A model generated the notes under the pieces. It saw nothing but the letters and a program-made list of their open reading frames with translations. It was not told where the DNA came from and made no database searches. A DNA stretch of 64,000 nucleotides from an uncultured Gemmatimonadales bacterium (lineage in GTDB: Bacteria > Gemmatimonadota > Gemmatimonadetes > Gemmatimonadales > GWC2-71-9). Positions 1 to 9,369 of the stretch are shown one piece after another (position 1 is the first letter of the stretch; the number at the start of each line of letters is the position of its first letter). The position numbers and the translations under genes were made by a program. The stretch spans positions 1 to 64,000 of the forward strand of contig CAWGSK010000011.1 of assembly GCA_963825055.1 (NCBI GenBank), given 5' to 3'.

Positions 1-275
1 TGGCGCTCTGGAGATTCCCTTGCGCCCAAACAAGCTGCCAGCATGGCTACAGGAGGCGGCGGGGCCGCGCCAGGTGCCATCAAGCTCCGGAACTCGCTGA
101 GGTCCGAAAATGGACATGACGGCTGGCGGGTCAGCCCCAGTGACGCACGGTGGGTGTACATTATTGCGGACGCGATCGACGGGGAGCGACTGCGAGAGTA
201 GTCAGCACCAGAAGGGCGCTGTCCCTCCCGTCGCACCTTACCTGGACTTACCCGATCGAGGGTGACGTGCCCGAG

Positions 276-2069
276 ATGGATCACCGGCTCGAAGTGGCCC
301 TGGCCGGCCACTATCGCGTGGAGCGGGAAGTCGGCCAGGGCGGCATGGCCACCGTCTACCTGGCCCGCGACCTCAAGCACGGCCGCAAGGTGGCCATCAA
401 GGTGCTGCGGCCCGACCTGGCGGCGGTGGTCGGCGCCGATCGGTTCGTGCGCGAAATCCGGACCATCGCCAACCTGCAGCACCCCCATATCCTCGGCCTG
501 ATCGATTCCGGCGAAGCGAACGGCACCGCGTACTACGTGATGCCCTTCGTCGGGGGCGAATCCCTGCGGGATCGCTTGCGCCGGGAACAACAGCTTCCCC
601 TCGCCGACGCCGTCCGGCTCGCCTCGGAGGTGGCGGCCGCGCTCGACTACGCCCACCGGCAGGGCGTGATCCACAGGGACATCAAGCCGGAAAATATCAT
701 GCTCCACGACGGGTCGGCGCTGGTGACCGACTTCGGTATCGCGCTCGCGCTCTCGACAACGGGCGACACCCGAATGACCGAGACCGGCATGTCGCTTGGC
801 ACCCCGCAGTACATGTCGCCCGAGCAGGCAATGGGCGAACGCACGATCACCGCCCGGAGCGATGTCTACGCCCTCGGCTGCGTGCTGTACGAGATGCTGC
901 TGGGAGAGCCGCCCTTTACCGGCCCCACCGCGCAGTCGATCTTCGCCAAGGTAATGACCGAAAAGCCGGTTCCGCCCCGCGTGCGGCGCGAGACCATTCC
1001 CGAACAGGTCGAGCGTGCCATCCTGACGGCGCTCCAGAAGCTCCCGGCGGACCGCTTCCAAAGCACCGCCGAGTTCAGCGCGGCACTGGCGCCCCAGTCC
1101 GTGGCCGTCGCTGCCCCTGCCCGCTCACCGGGCGGCGACCTGATCGCGGACTCGTTCCTCCTCAGCGAGGCAACCTGCCGCCGCCTCTCCCGGTCCGCGT
1201 TCGATCCCCGGCTGAACGGGACCGAGCTCCACTATCTGGACAACAGGGTGGCCTCCCCGGTGCTGCTGTGCCTGATGCCAGCCTGGGGCCGACGCTCGGA
1301 TCAGAACGTGGAGATGATGTCGCGCGTCCCCTACCGGACCGTTATCCCGACCTTCCGCGGATTCGAGGATGTGACACCCTGGCGGCCCAGCCTCGGCATC
1401 GAGGATCACATTGTGCTGGTCCGCGAGTTTCTACACGACCTGGCTGCGCGAGTCGACGCCCGCACGATCATCATCGCCGGCTTCTCGACGGGTGCTGACA
1501 TCGCGCTCCGCTTCGCGGCGATGCCGGATCCGGAGTCCCGCCTCCGAGTCGATGGTTGCCTGGCGCTGGGCGGCAACCTCGCGGAGAGCACATGCTTCTT
1601 CACCAGGGTGATGGCATCGCTTGGCGGCGACGGCGACGCCGACATGCTCGCCGCCATGCGGCAGATCAGCAACGCCGCCACGACGCTCGATGAATGGGTG
1701 AACACCTGCCAGTACGCGATCAGGATCGCCTCCATGTTTCGACACGAGGCGGACCCGGTTCGCACCTTTGCCGCCGGGATCACGGCGCCATTCGAACAAG
1801 AGGACTTGATCGCGTTCGCCAATTGGTACCGAGCCGCCACAGCCGCCGGATGCCGGCTGCGCTGTGTCTTTGAGGACACCCCCATGTACCGCGACCTCGT
1901 CCGTGAACTCCAGCTTCGCAATCTCGACGAGGGACTGCTGGGTGACAGGTACGAGGAGGGCTCCATCATCACCGAGGCTGGCACCGGGCACTTCGACCTG
2001 GCGGAGCCATCGCGGGTGGCACGGCATCTCGAGGCCCTCGTATCTCGACTTGGCACGGGATCGTCGTAG
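276..2069 (+). CDS. Hanks-type Ser/Thr protein kinase fused to a C-terminal alpha/beta-hydrolase-like domain
   Basis: GQGGMATVY, VAIK, HRDIKPEN, DFG and GTPQYMSPE kinase motifs. C-terminal half has GFSTG (GxSxG) and a terminal GTGH. Start taken as ATG 276 (MDHRL) within track ORF 150..2069. Confidence 0.9.
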   Translation: MDHRLEVALAGHYRVEREVGQGGMATVYLARDLKHGRKVAIKVLRPDLAAVVGADRFVREIRTIANLQHPHILGLIDSGEANGTAYYVMPFVGGESLRDRLRREQQLPLADAVRLASEVAAALDYAHRQGVIHRDIKPENIMLHDGSALVTDFGIALALSTTGDTRMTETGMSLGTPQYMSPEQAMGERTITARSDVYALGCVLYEMLLGEPPFTGPTAQSIFAKVMTEKPVPPRVRRETIPEQVERAILTALQKLPADRFQSTAEFSAALAPQSVAVAAPARSPGGDLIADSFLLSEATCRRLSRSAFDPRLNGTELHYLDNRVASPVLLCLMPAWGRRSDQNVEMMSRVPYRTVIPTFRGFEDVTPWRPSLGIEDHIVLVREFLHDLAARVDARTIIIAGFSTGADIALRFAAMPDPESRLRVDGCLALGGNLAESTCFFTRVMASLGGDGDADMLAAMRQISNAATTLDEWVNTCQYAIRIASMFRHEADPVRTFAAGITAPFEQEDLIAFANWYRAATAAGCRLRCVFEDTPMYRDLVRELQLRNLDEGLLGDRYEEGSIITEAGTGHFDLAEPSRVARHLEALVSRLGTGSS

Positions 2070-2070
2070 G

Positions 2071-2166
2071 TTCCCCACCTCCGAGGCGGTCAACGACGCC
2101 CTTCGTTCTCTAGCCTCCATCGCAAAGCGGACAGGCCGGGCCAAGTCCAAGACCCGAACGGCCAAA
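2071..2166 (+). pseudogene. 3' stub of a small putative antitoxin-like gene
   Basis: Reads FPTSEAVNDALRSLASIA, resembling the C-terminus of small antitoxin-like proteins (FPxSExVNxALR). No 5' part; runs into the first attC. Confidence 0.55.
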
Positions 2167-2300
2167 CAGGCGCTGAAAGCCGCCCAGCGCTGCGGCCCCA
2201 ACCTCCTTGCGGCGGGCTGGGGCCCGTGCATACTCAGCGGAAGTCAGACAATTCGCTGCGGGCGAGGAGTCGCTGGCAGCCTAAGCGCAGGACGTTAGGG
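2161..2300 (+). repeat. attC site, family A
   Basis: GCCAAAC...GTTAGGG ends; core GTGCATACTCAGCGGAAGTCAGACAATTCGCTGCGGGCGAGGAGTCGCTGGCAGCCTAAGCGC. Confidence 0.85.
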
Positions 2301-2324
2301 CGCCTTGACTGGAGCTGCCCATAG

Positions 2325-2744
2325 ATGCCACGGCCTCCCTGGACGGAGCGAGCTCTTGTCGGCGCCCTGGGAGGCGCCGCGCTCAGCCTGCTGCTCCTCG
2401 CCGTTGGCATCTTGCGGATAGCCGTGGTCCTTCTCGCTGGTATCCCCGTTCGCAACGGCTTGCCTGGAATCGGTGCCACGATTATCGGCGCAGGCGTCTA
2501 TTGCTTGGGGTTTATCATGGCTGGATTGCTAGTCGGATCCCTCTGGCCCTTGCGACGCCATCTGTTGGGGTCTCTCTGTCTGGGTTACCTGGCAGCGGCA
2601 ATCGTCACCACGGCCTGCTTGTGGTTGATCCGCCAATCTGATGGTCCCAGCGACCCGGACACCACCGTCCTAACGCTGATAATCGCCACTGTCCTCTTCG
2701 GTTCTGTGGCAGGTTGGCATATCTGGCGGTGGGATCGTCCATGA
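2325..2744 (+). CDS. hypothetical membrane protein (cassette gene)
   Basis: About 4 hydrophobic segments; GGAG upstream; directly after attC. Confidence 0.7.
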   Translation: MPRPPWTERALVGALGGAALSLLLLAVGILRIAVVLLAGIPVRNGLPGIGATIIGAGVYCLGFIMAGLLVGSLWPLRRHLLGSLCLGYLAAAIVTTACLWLIRQSDGPSDPDTTVLTLIIATVLFGSVAGWHIWRWDRP

Positions 2745-2775
2745 TGCTTCAGACTCGGCTTCGTGGGTCTCACAC

Positions 2776-3048
2776 ATGAAAGCTGCTGCTCTGGTGACAT
2801 TTGTGCTGTTAGGACTGATTGAGTTCTGGGTGGGCAAGCGGACATTCCGGTTCCTTCAGTATAAGGGCCCTAGCCGGATGCGAGCGAACAAAACGCTTAC
2901 CCACCTCGCGTTCGAGCATTATCTCCCCGAAGGTCAACGCTGGCTGGACGGGCTCCGCTTGGTCATGGTTCTATGGACCCTCTCGTTCTTTCCAGCGTGC
3001 TGGGTCCTGATCCTCGCAGCGCTTGCGCCGGCCTACATGCTGCTGTGA
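2776..3048 (+). CDS. small hypothetical membrane protein (cassette gene)
   Basis: Two hydrophobic segments; ends inside the left arm of the next attC. Confidence 0.55.
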   Translation: MKAAALVTFVLLGLIEFWVGKRTFRFLQYKGPSRMRANKTLTHLAFEHYLPEGQRWLDGLRLVMVLWTLSFFPACWVLILAALAPAYMLL

Positions 3049-3168
3049 AGCTGCTGTCTCCTGCCGACACGGCAGGCGGTGCCACCTCGGCCGTGCATGC
3101 CATAGGGAAGTCATTGATTTTACCCGCTGCGGCGGTTCGCGCCGCAGCTTAAGCGCAGGACGTTAGGC
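3031..3168 (+). repeat. attC site, family B
   Basis: Degenerate GCCTAC left box; GCCACCTCGGCCGTGCATGCCATAGGGAAGT core; GCAGCTTAAGCGCAGGACGTTAGGC right end. Confidence 0.8.
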
Positions 3169-3177
3169 AGCATACAC

Positions 3178-3903
3178 GTGCGCTATCGCGTGCTCACCGC
3201 CCTTAGCTTCGCAACGGCCGTCGTCTGCGCGGGTCAGCAGGCCACGGCCCAAGTCCCCACGCCAGGCAACGGATACCCGTTTGGAGGCTGGCAATGGGAC
3301 GGCCGGCCCCAGTTTACGCACGCCCTGGTCCTCGTTATCCAACAATCAACAGGTCGACTGAGGTACGCAGCGACCGTCTATGGCGGGCTTCCGACTTGCG
3401 GAAAGCCCCCCATCGCGGATAGCACGTTTCTTTCACGGGGAATAGACTTCCTGCGCGCCGTCGGCTGGAGCAGCCCATACCCGGGTCAGCAACGAGTGGC
3501 GCGCTACGCCATGGAGTTTGTGAGAGTTGACGCGTTTGGCGGAGATCCCTCTGCCTTCGTCATCTTCCACCAAGACGGAGGTCTCGTGTACGCAGGATCA
3601 CGCATGTGGATGGGGCATGGTGACCGCTATTATCCTAGCCTCAACATTGATCCCTGGGATCTCCAAATGACCGATAGCCTGGCACCACGGCTGCCCGAAT
3701 CGGTGCTGACCAGCCAGGCGTTGTCTCGACTCCCTGCAAACTCTGGCCCGTCGCTTGAATGTTGTTCACAGCCTCGCGACCAAGCCCTATTCACTCACGG
3801 CCTTCATGCACAACAAGGAAGGGCAGCCTCCGCTGCGCAGATGGAGATTCGGTTCTGCTTTTGGTTCACCGCGGAACCTGCCGCTAAAACGCATGCTGGC
3901 TAA
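3178..3903 (+). CDS. secreted hypothetical protein (cassette gene, possible 3' frameshift)
   Basis: Signal-peptide-like N-terminus; stop TAA lies within the GGCTAAC box of the next attC. Confidence 0.65.
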   Translation: MRYRVLTALSFATAVVCAGQQATAQVPTPGNGYPFGGWQWDGRPQFTHALVLVIQQSTGRLRYAATVYGGLPTCGKPPIADSTFLSRGIDFLRAVGWSSPYPGQQRVARYAMEFVRVDAFGGDPSAFVIFHQDGGLVYAGSRMWMGHGDRYYPSLNIDPWDLQMTDSLAPRLPESVLTSQALSRLPANSGPSLECCSQPRDQALFTHGLHAQQGRAASAAQMEIRFCFWFTAEPAAKTHAG

Positions 3904-4038
3904 CAAGCGCTTAAAGCCGCCCAGCGGCCCGGGCCTCGGCCTGCTTGCGGCGGGCGTCTGGCGGTGCATACTCAGAGGAAGTTGGGCAATTCGCTGCGGG
4001 CGAGGAGTCGCTGGCAGCTTAATCGCAGGACGTTAGAC
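3898..4038 (+). repeat. attC site, family A
   Basis: GGCTAAC-aagc-GCTTAAAGC ... GCTTAATCGC-aggac-GTTAGAC. Confidence 0.9.
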
Positions 4039-4057
4039 CGACAGGAGGCGAGTCAAC

Positions 4058-4576
4058 GTGCAGGTCCGGTATGCCTGTCTCCGCTTCAGCATGTTTCTGG
4101 CCCTCGCCACGCGTGTGCCTGTCCCATGCCAGGCACAGGGCCCGGCCCCATTTCTCGGCATTGCGGCAGGCCCCAGCTCCTATGATCTCGGCGGGACGGG
4201 CACAGCGCCCGTCCTGGCCCTGGGTGTCGGGATCCCACTAGCAGGTCCGCTTCTGATTGAGCCCGGCGTTACGCTGCTACGTTATAAACCGGCTTTGGGT
4301 ACTGAGATCAATCACATCTTTCCGGAAGTCAGCCTCCAAGGCCAGGCTCACCTCGGGCGCTACTATCCCTTCCTCGGGGTGGGAGGAGGCCGGAGCCTGA
4401 TCGCGACCGGGCCTCAACCCCGTCACAACGCATGGACTCTCCATGCTGCCGGAGGCCTGCGAGTAACCTTCTCCAGCGCTTGGGGGATGCAGGGAGAGCT
4501 AAGGGTGCGTGCCGTTGATCCATTCCATGGTACGACGGCGGATTTCACCCTGGGGGTCACCCGACGGCTTCGCTAA
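4058..4576 (+). CDS. outer-membrane beta-barrel-like protein (cassette gene)
   Basis: Signal peptide; alternating beta-strand pattern (YPFLGVGGG, AAGGLRV, DFTLGVTRR); AGGAGG RBS. Confidence 0.7.
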   Translation: MQVRYACLRFSMFLALATRVPVPCQAQGPAPFLGIAAGPSSYDLGGTGTAPVLALGVGIPLAGPLLIEPGVTLLRYKPALGTEINHIFPEVSLQGQAHLGRYYPFLGVGGGRSLIATGPQPRHNAWTLHAAGGLRVTFSSAWGMQGELRVRAVDPFHGTTADFTLGVTRRLR

Positions 4577-4582
4577 CCGTCG

Positions 4583-4723
4583 GTCTCACAAGCGCTCGAA
4601 GCCGCCGGCGCCTGCGGGCGCCGGGCAGGCGGTGCCACCTCGGCCGCCGAGCATGGCATAAGGAAGTTATTAATTGCATTTGCTGCGGGGTTCGCGCCGC
4701 AGCTTGAGCGCAGGACGTTCGGC
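4583..4723 (+). repeat. attC site, family B
   Basis: GTCTCAC-aagcGCTCGAAGC ... GCAGCTTGAGCGCAGGACGTTCGGC. Confidence 0.85.
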
Positions 4724-4754
4724 TGTGTGCCGAGGCCGACTTGGGGATCCATTT

Positions 4755-5123
4755 ATGCGACGTCTCTCTGCCTGCCTCCTTCTCCTTGCTGCACTCACCG
4801 CCTCCAGGCTGGTGGCCCAGACTGGGGGAAGGACTATTATGCGCGGCGGGAGTCTCCTTTGGACCGACCGTGGAATGGCACGACATTCTCAGGGCAAGGG
4901 CTTACTTATGCCACGTGGGGTAAAGATTCGGCGATCCCTGGCCCTCGACCTTGAGGCGTGGCTTTCCCACGTCGGGAAGACGGCCGCTATCTTCGACTGC
5001 TACCGCGGCGTGGCTCAGTACCCTATCTCGGACCTACCACGGTGCTGTCAGTCGAGCCGGTGGTCGAACTCCGAGAGGGACCTACCTCCTCGCACATGCG
5101 CTAGCACTTTGGCCCCACTCTGA
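4755..5123 (+). pseudogene. probable decayed secreted-protein cassette gene
   Basis: Clean signal peptide MRRLSACLLLLAALTASRLVAQ, then no convincing continuous frame up to the next attC. Confidence 0.4.
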
Positions 5124-5309
5124 ATTGGTTCCTGCAGCGCCAGGACGCTTCTCCTGCCCTAGGGTTTGGGGCGCGAGCAGGGATGACCTTCCGGATCGGA
5201 ACACATGTGCCTCTTCTGGTTTCACTAGATGGCTTCGGTTGGCTTCGCGCTGGTGATGATGCCCCGAGATGGATGATCCCGTGACCATGCTAGGGAAGGG
5301 TCTAGCGCT

Positions 5310-5475
5310 GTCTAACAAGTGCTTGAAGGCGTCCAGCGCCCCTGGCCTCGGTCTCCTTGCGGCAGCCCCCGGCGCCGACCTGCGTGCCATTTTGGCCGCC
5401 GTGCATGCCTTAAGGAGGTCGGTAATTTCATCCGCTGCGACACGTCGCTGGCAGCCTAAGCGCAGGGCGTTAGAC
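5310..5475 (+). repeat. attC site, chimeric family A/B
   Basis: GTCTAAC with a family-A left arm, then the family-B GGCCGCCGTGCATGCC core, ending GTTAGAC. 166 bp versus about 140 for the others. Confidence 0.8.
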
Positions 5476-5491
5476 CACACACGGAGGTCCC

Positions 5492-6421
5492 GTGCCAGAT
5501 CTGCTCGATCGATTCCGAGGCGCCCTCCTGGGCCTGGCAGTCGGCGACGCCATTGGAACGACCCTCGAGTTCGAACCCCGCGGCTCCTTTGAGCCCATCA
5601 CTGACATGGTCGGCGGTGGACCTTTCGGCCTGGCACCTGGACAGTGGACCGATGATACCTCGATGGCGCTCTGCCTGGCGGCGAGTCTGATCGACTGCAA
5701 CGGTTTCAATGCTCGCGACCAAATGGAGCGTTATTGCCGCTGGCGAGACGATGGATACATGAGCAGCACAGGCACATGCTTCGATATTGGTAATACGATT
5801 GCCTCCGCGCTGCGACGATACGAGGCGACGGGCAATCCCGTCGCGGGGAGCAGTGATCCCCGAAGCGCCGGTAACGGCTCTCTCATGCGGCTAGCGCCAG
5901 TGGTTCTCTTCTACTACCCGGATCGCGCCAGCATTACCCGCTACGCCGCTGACAGTTCCCGCACGACGCATGCTGCCGACGAGGCGGTAGAGGCCTGCCG
6001 GATATTTGCGCAACTCCTGGCATCAGCCCTCGATGGCCGGGACAAATCTTTCGTGCTCTCCGCTGCGGACGGCTCCGAAGTCTCAGAGCGGTTGGATGCA
6101 ATCACCTCCGTCGCCTACCGCGACTACACATCCCACCAGATTCGGGGAAGCGGGTACGTCGTTGATTCCCTGGAGGCGGCGCTGTGGTGCTTCCTCCGAG
6201 GTCGCACCTTTCGTGAGTCTGTGCTCATGGCAGCCAATCTTGGAGATGATGCCGACACCACCGCCGCGGTGTGTGGCCAACTCGCCGGCGCTTACCACGG
6301 CCTGTCAGGCATACCCACTTCATGGCTCGACACGCTGGCTCTACGCGATGACCTTATCACACTTGCAGGGCAACTACTCCGGACCGGAGATCGCCCTGCA
6401 GAGCCGTCGTCACCTCAGTAG
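5492..6421 (+). CDS. ADP-ribosylglycohydrolase family protein (DraG/ARH)
   Basis: GDAIG, WTDDT, GNGSLMR and GDDADT motifs; GGAGG RBS. Confidence 0.93.
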   Translation: MPDLLDRFRGALLGLAVGDAIGTTLEFEPRGSFEPITDMVGGGPFGLAPGQWTDDTSMALCLAASLIDCNGFNARDQMERYCRWRDDGYMSSTGTCFDIGNTIASALRRYEATGNPVAGSSDPRSAGNGSLMRLAPVVLFYYPDRASITRYAADSSRTTHAADEAVEACRIFAQLLASALDGRDKSFVLSAADGSEVSERLDAITSVAYRDYTSHQIRGSGYVVDSLEAALWCFLRGRTFRESVLMAANLGDDADTTAAVCGQLAGAYHGLSGIPTSWLDTLALRDDLITLAGQLLRTGDRPAEPSSPQ

Positions 6422-6469
6422 TTGCCGACTCACGAGGAGCGCCCGACTATTGATAGGTTGTTTCCTGCG

Positions 6470-6610
6470 CCCCAACAGGCGCTTGACGCCATCCGGCGCG
6501 CCAAGTCTTAGCCTCCTTGCGCCGGGTCCCTGGCGGTGCATACTCAAAGGAAGTCAGACAATTCGCTGCGGGCGGGTACTCGCTGGCAGCTTAAGCGCGG
6601 AACGTTTGGC
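6470..6610 (+). repeat. attC site, family A
   Basis: CCCCAAC...GTTTGGC with the conserved GTGCATACTC...GGAAGTCAGACAATTCGCTGCGGGC core. Confidence 0.87.
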
Positions 6611-6612
6611 AG

Positions 6613-7074
6613 ATGCAACCCTTCCCACAGCCTGTCGGGAGACGCCATGACCCCGGACAAGCGAAGGACCTGGTCGCCCGAATCGCCACGGATGTCTGGA
6701 ATCAAGGCGATGTGGCGGTTTGCGATGAGATCATGCACCCGGATGCGAGATATCACGGGCCACACATGCCGGGTGGAGAGGGAGATCGCGAGACCTGGAA
6801 ACGCGCCATTCAGATGTATCGAGCGGGATTCCCTGACTCTCGTGTAACCTTCAACGCGATGTACACAGCGGGGGACACGGTTGTTGGGCGGTGGATGGCG
6901 ACCGCCACCCACGAAGGTGCTCTCCCAGGCGTGGAGCCCACGGGCCGCCCAATCACCATCACCGGCATTACCATCTACGCCCTGCGCGACGGGAAGATCG
7001 CCGAGGCCTGGGAGGAGCTCGACCTACTGGGAATGTGGCGGCAGCTTGGCGTAGTTACGCTCCCGGAAGCCTAA
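6613..7074 (+). CDS. SnoaL-like ester cyclase (probable 1-bp indel near start)
   Basis: VWNQGD, AGFPD, THEG..PTGRPITITG..DGKIAEAW pattern. The RBS-associated ATG at 6647 is out of frame with the body. Confidence 0.85.
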   Translation: MQPFPQPVGRRHDPGQAKDLVARIATDVWNQGDVAVCDEIMHPDARYHGPHMPGGEGDRETWKRAIQMYRAGFPDSRVTFNAMYTAGDTVVGRWMATATHEGALPGVEPTGRPITITGITIYALRDGKIAEAWEELDLLGMWRQLGVVTLPEA

Positions 7075-7106
7075 CCGGGGCTGGCGCCCCGGTGGACATG
7101 GTATCT

Positions 7107-7245
7107 GCCTGACGTGCGCTTGAAGCTGTCGGCGCCTGCGGGCGCCGGCTGGCGGTGCTGACTCGGCCGCCGTGCATGCCATAAGGAAGCCGTAATTGTA
7201 TCCGCTCTGGCCGCTCGCTGGCAGCTTGAGCGCAGGACGTTAGCT
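7107..7245 (+). repeat. attC site, family B
   Basis: GCCTGAC-gtgcGCTTGAAGC ... GCAGCTTGAGCGCAGGACGTTAGCT. Confidence 0.88.
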
Positions 7246-7273
7246 GGCTTCCCACCCCCCGGGCCGCTCGGAC

Positions 7274-7303
7274 TTGTCTTGGTACATACACCGTACATAT
7301 ACT
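7274..7303 (+). promoter_or_regulatory. putative TA promoter/operator
   Basis: TTGTCT-N18-TATACT ending 6 bp before the brnT ATG, overlapped by direct repeats GTACATA at 7282 and 7293. Confidence 0.6.
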
Positions 7304-7309
7304 TGAATC

Positions 7310-7597
7310 ATGAGCGACCTCCGGATCGAATGGGATCCGCGGAAAGCCGCGGCCAACCGCCGCAAGCACGGCGTCTCGTTCGAGGAGGCGGCCACCGTCT
7401 TTGCCGATGAGGCCGCCCTGCTCATCGCGGATCCCGAGCACTCCGACCAGGAAGATCGGTTCGTGCTGCTGGGCCTCAGTGCCACGTTGCGGGTTCTGGT
7501 CGTGGTCCACTGCTATCGCGGAACCGAGGACGTCATCCGGCTTATCTCAGCCCGGAGGGCGACCCGCAGAGAACGCGGACACTACCCGGGAGGGTAA
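7310..7597 (+). CDS. brnT: BrnT family ribonuclease toxin
   Basis: EWDPRKAAANRRKHGVSFEEA, EDRFVLLG, IRLISARRA. Confidence 0.93.
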   Translation: MSDLRIEWDPRKAAANRRKHGVSFEEAATVFADEAALLIADPEHSDQEDRFVLLGLSATLRVLVVVHCYRGTEDVIRLISARRATRRERGHYPGG

Positions 7598-7601
7598 CGA
7601 T

Positions 7602-7832
7602 ATGAAACCAGAATACGATTTTTCCAAGGGAAAGAAGAATCCCTATGCCAAGCGGCTCAAGCGACCCGTCACCATCCGCCTGGATGAGCCCACCATTGCC
7701 TACTTCAAAGGACTGGCGGCGGAGACGGAGATCCCCTACCAGACGTTGATCAACCTGTATCTCAGGGATTGTGCGGCCTCCCAGAAGCGGCCAGCCCTCA
7801 AATGGCGAGGGCCGAAGGCCGGCGCCAGCTAA
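7602..7832 (+). CDS. brnA: BrnA family antitoxin
   Basis: MKPEYDFSKG..KRPVTIRLD..YFK..IPYQTLINLYLR; directly follows brnT; stop lies inside AGCTAAC. Confidence 0.9.
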   Translation: MKPEYDFSKGKKNPYAKRLKRPVTIRLDEPTIAYFKGLAAETEIPYQTLINLYLRDCAASQKRPALKWRGPKAGAS

Positions 7833-7966
7833 CAAGCCCTTAAGGCCGTCCGGCGCCCCTGGCCTCGGCCTCCTTGCGGCGAGCCCCTGCCGGTGCATAC
7901 TCAGTGGAAGTCGGACAATTCGCTGCGGGCAAGGAGTCGCCGCAGCTCAAGCGCAGGGCGTCAGGC
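7827..7966 (+). repeat. attC site, family A
   Basis: AGCTAAC...GTCAGGC with the conserved core. Confidence 0.88.
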
Positions 7967-7994
7967 GGCGGCCCCCCATCCGGTGAGGGTGAAC

Positions 7995-8327
7995 ATGGCA
8001 GAGATCAGGCAGTCCACCGCGTCGTTCGGCCTGGCCTTTGCCGCGCTGGCGACGGTGCTTCCCGTCTACGCACTCTTGCGCTGGTTTTGGGCGTGGCACC
8101 AGCCTCATGCGGACTTCCGCGACGCAGTGACGGTGTTTGACACCGGCTTCCCTTTCGGGCTGCGCGGATCGAGTATCACCTGGGCTTGCGTCGTCTCTGC
8201 CGCGGCGGGTGTGGTGGCAGCTGGCTTGATCGTACGACGTACTCGTGGTGCGACCCGTGCCGTTGCCTGCACGATCATGGTGAGCGCTGCGGCGCTGCTG
8301 ATGTGGAACTTGTGGACCATGATGTAG
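7995..8327 (+). CDS. hypothetical membrane protein (cassette gene)
   Basis: Three hydrophobic segments; GAGGG RBS. Confidence 0.65.
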   Translation: MAEIRQSTASFGLAFAALATVLPVYALLRWFWAWHQPHADFRDAVTVFDTGFPFGLRGSSITWACVVSAAAGVVAAGLIVRRTRGATRAVACTIMVSAAALLMWNLWTMM

Positions 8328-8348
8328 GACCTGGGGCAGTCGCACCTT

Positions 8349-8446
8349 GGCTGACATGGTTTTGAAGCTGCCACCGCGGCCGGGCGTTTTGCGCATTGCT
8401 CATGAGCCGGACTGGCGGCGGCGCAGTGTATAGCCATCCGTTGGGC
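8349..8446 (+). repeat. attC site, unrelated shorter family
   Basis: GGCTGAC-atggTTTTGAAGCTG ... GCAGTGTATAGCCATCC-GTTGGGC. Confidence 0.65.
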
Positions 8447-8714
8447 GGGACGTGATTCCACTCTACAAAGGGGTGGTTCTGAACCGGTTTCTGCGCTACC
8501 TGGCGCCTGACCACGCGGTGGGCCGTCGCGCCCATCGTCGAGTGCAATGTGGGCTCGGCGCCATCTCACGTGGCGCGCGAGAATCAGCGCGACACGAGGT
8601 GCGGAGAACCACACAAGAACGGCGGAGACACACGGATGCCCAAAGTGACACGATCATCGCCTTCCCCCCGCTCCTGATGTTCCAACGACCAGCTCGACGC
8701 TGCAACTAAGCGTC

Positions 8715-8843
8715 GTCTAACAGGCCTGGGCCACCAACATTCCGCGGATTCTGCGGCGGGCCCCAGCCGGTGCATACTCCGAGGAAGTCAGACAATTCGC
8801 TGCGCGCGAGGAGTCGCTCGCAGCATAATCAAGAACGTCGCCC
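8715..8843 (+). repeat. degenerate attC, family A
   Basis: GTCTAAC left box and conserved core; arms eroded. Confidence 0.7.
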
Positions 8844-9369
8844 GCACTGGCCAACTAAGGACGGCCCAATGCTTCCGCTGAATTAAGTCATCGGTGAGTC
8901 GTCCTTCGGCTACGCGGTTCGTACTTCAGCTTTTCCGAAGGATTCTCGCTCTATGTCGACTGTGAAGACCAGGAGAGGTCTTCGCCGAGACGAGGACTCG
9001 CGGTCTGCATTTGGCCGCTTACATCTGAGGAGCACGAGGCTGAGGAGCCAGACACCAACCGAGGGAACATAGCTCGTCAGCCGGGCACCCCATCGCATGC
9101 CGCTCACGCTGTCGGCCATCACCTGGACCAGATCGTCGCGAGGCGTTTCGTGGAGCGTTATCCGCGACAAGGACACCGAGGAGGGTGTGATGGAAGCGAT
9201 GAATGAACCCGGCCGACTATTCCCGCCCGGTGCACGGCTGGCAACGCTCACTCGCGGTGGGTTGAGCCTCATGCTCATGGCCAGCCTCACCCCGATGGGA
9301 AGCTCGGTGGCGGCCTGGTGTATCGAGAGCTCAAGCCGTAGGAGACGAAGCCGCGGGAGCCTCTACGGG

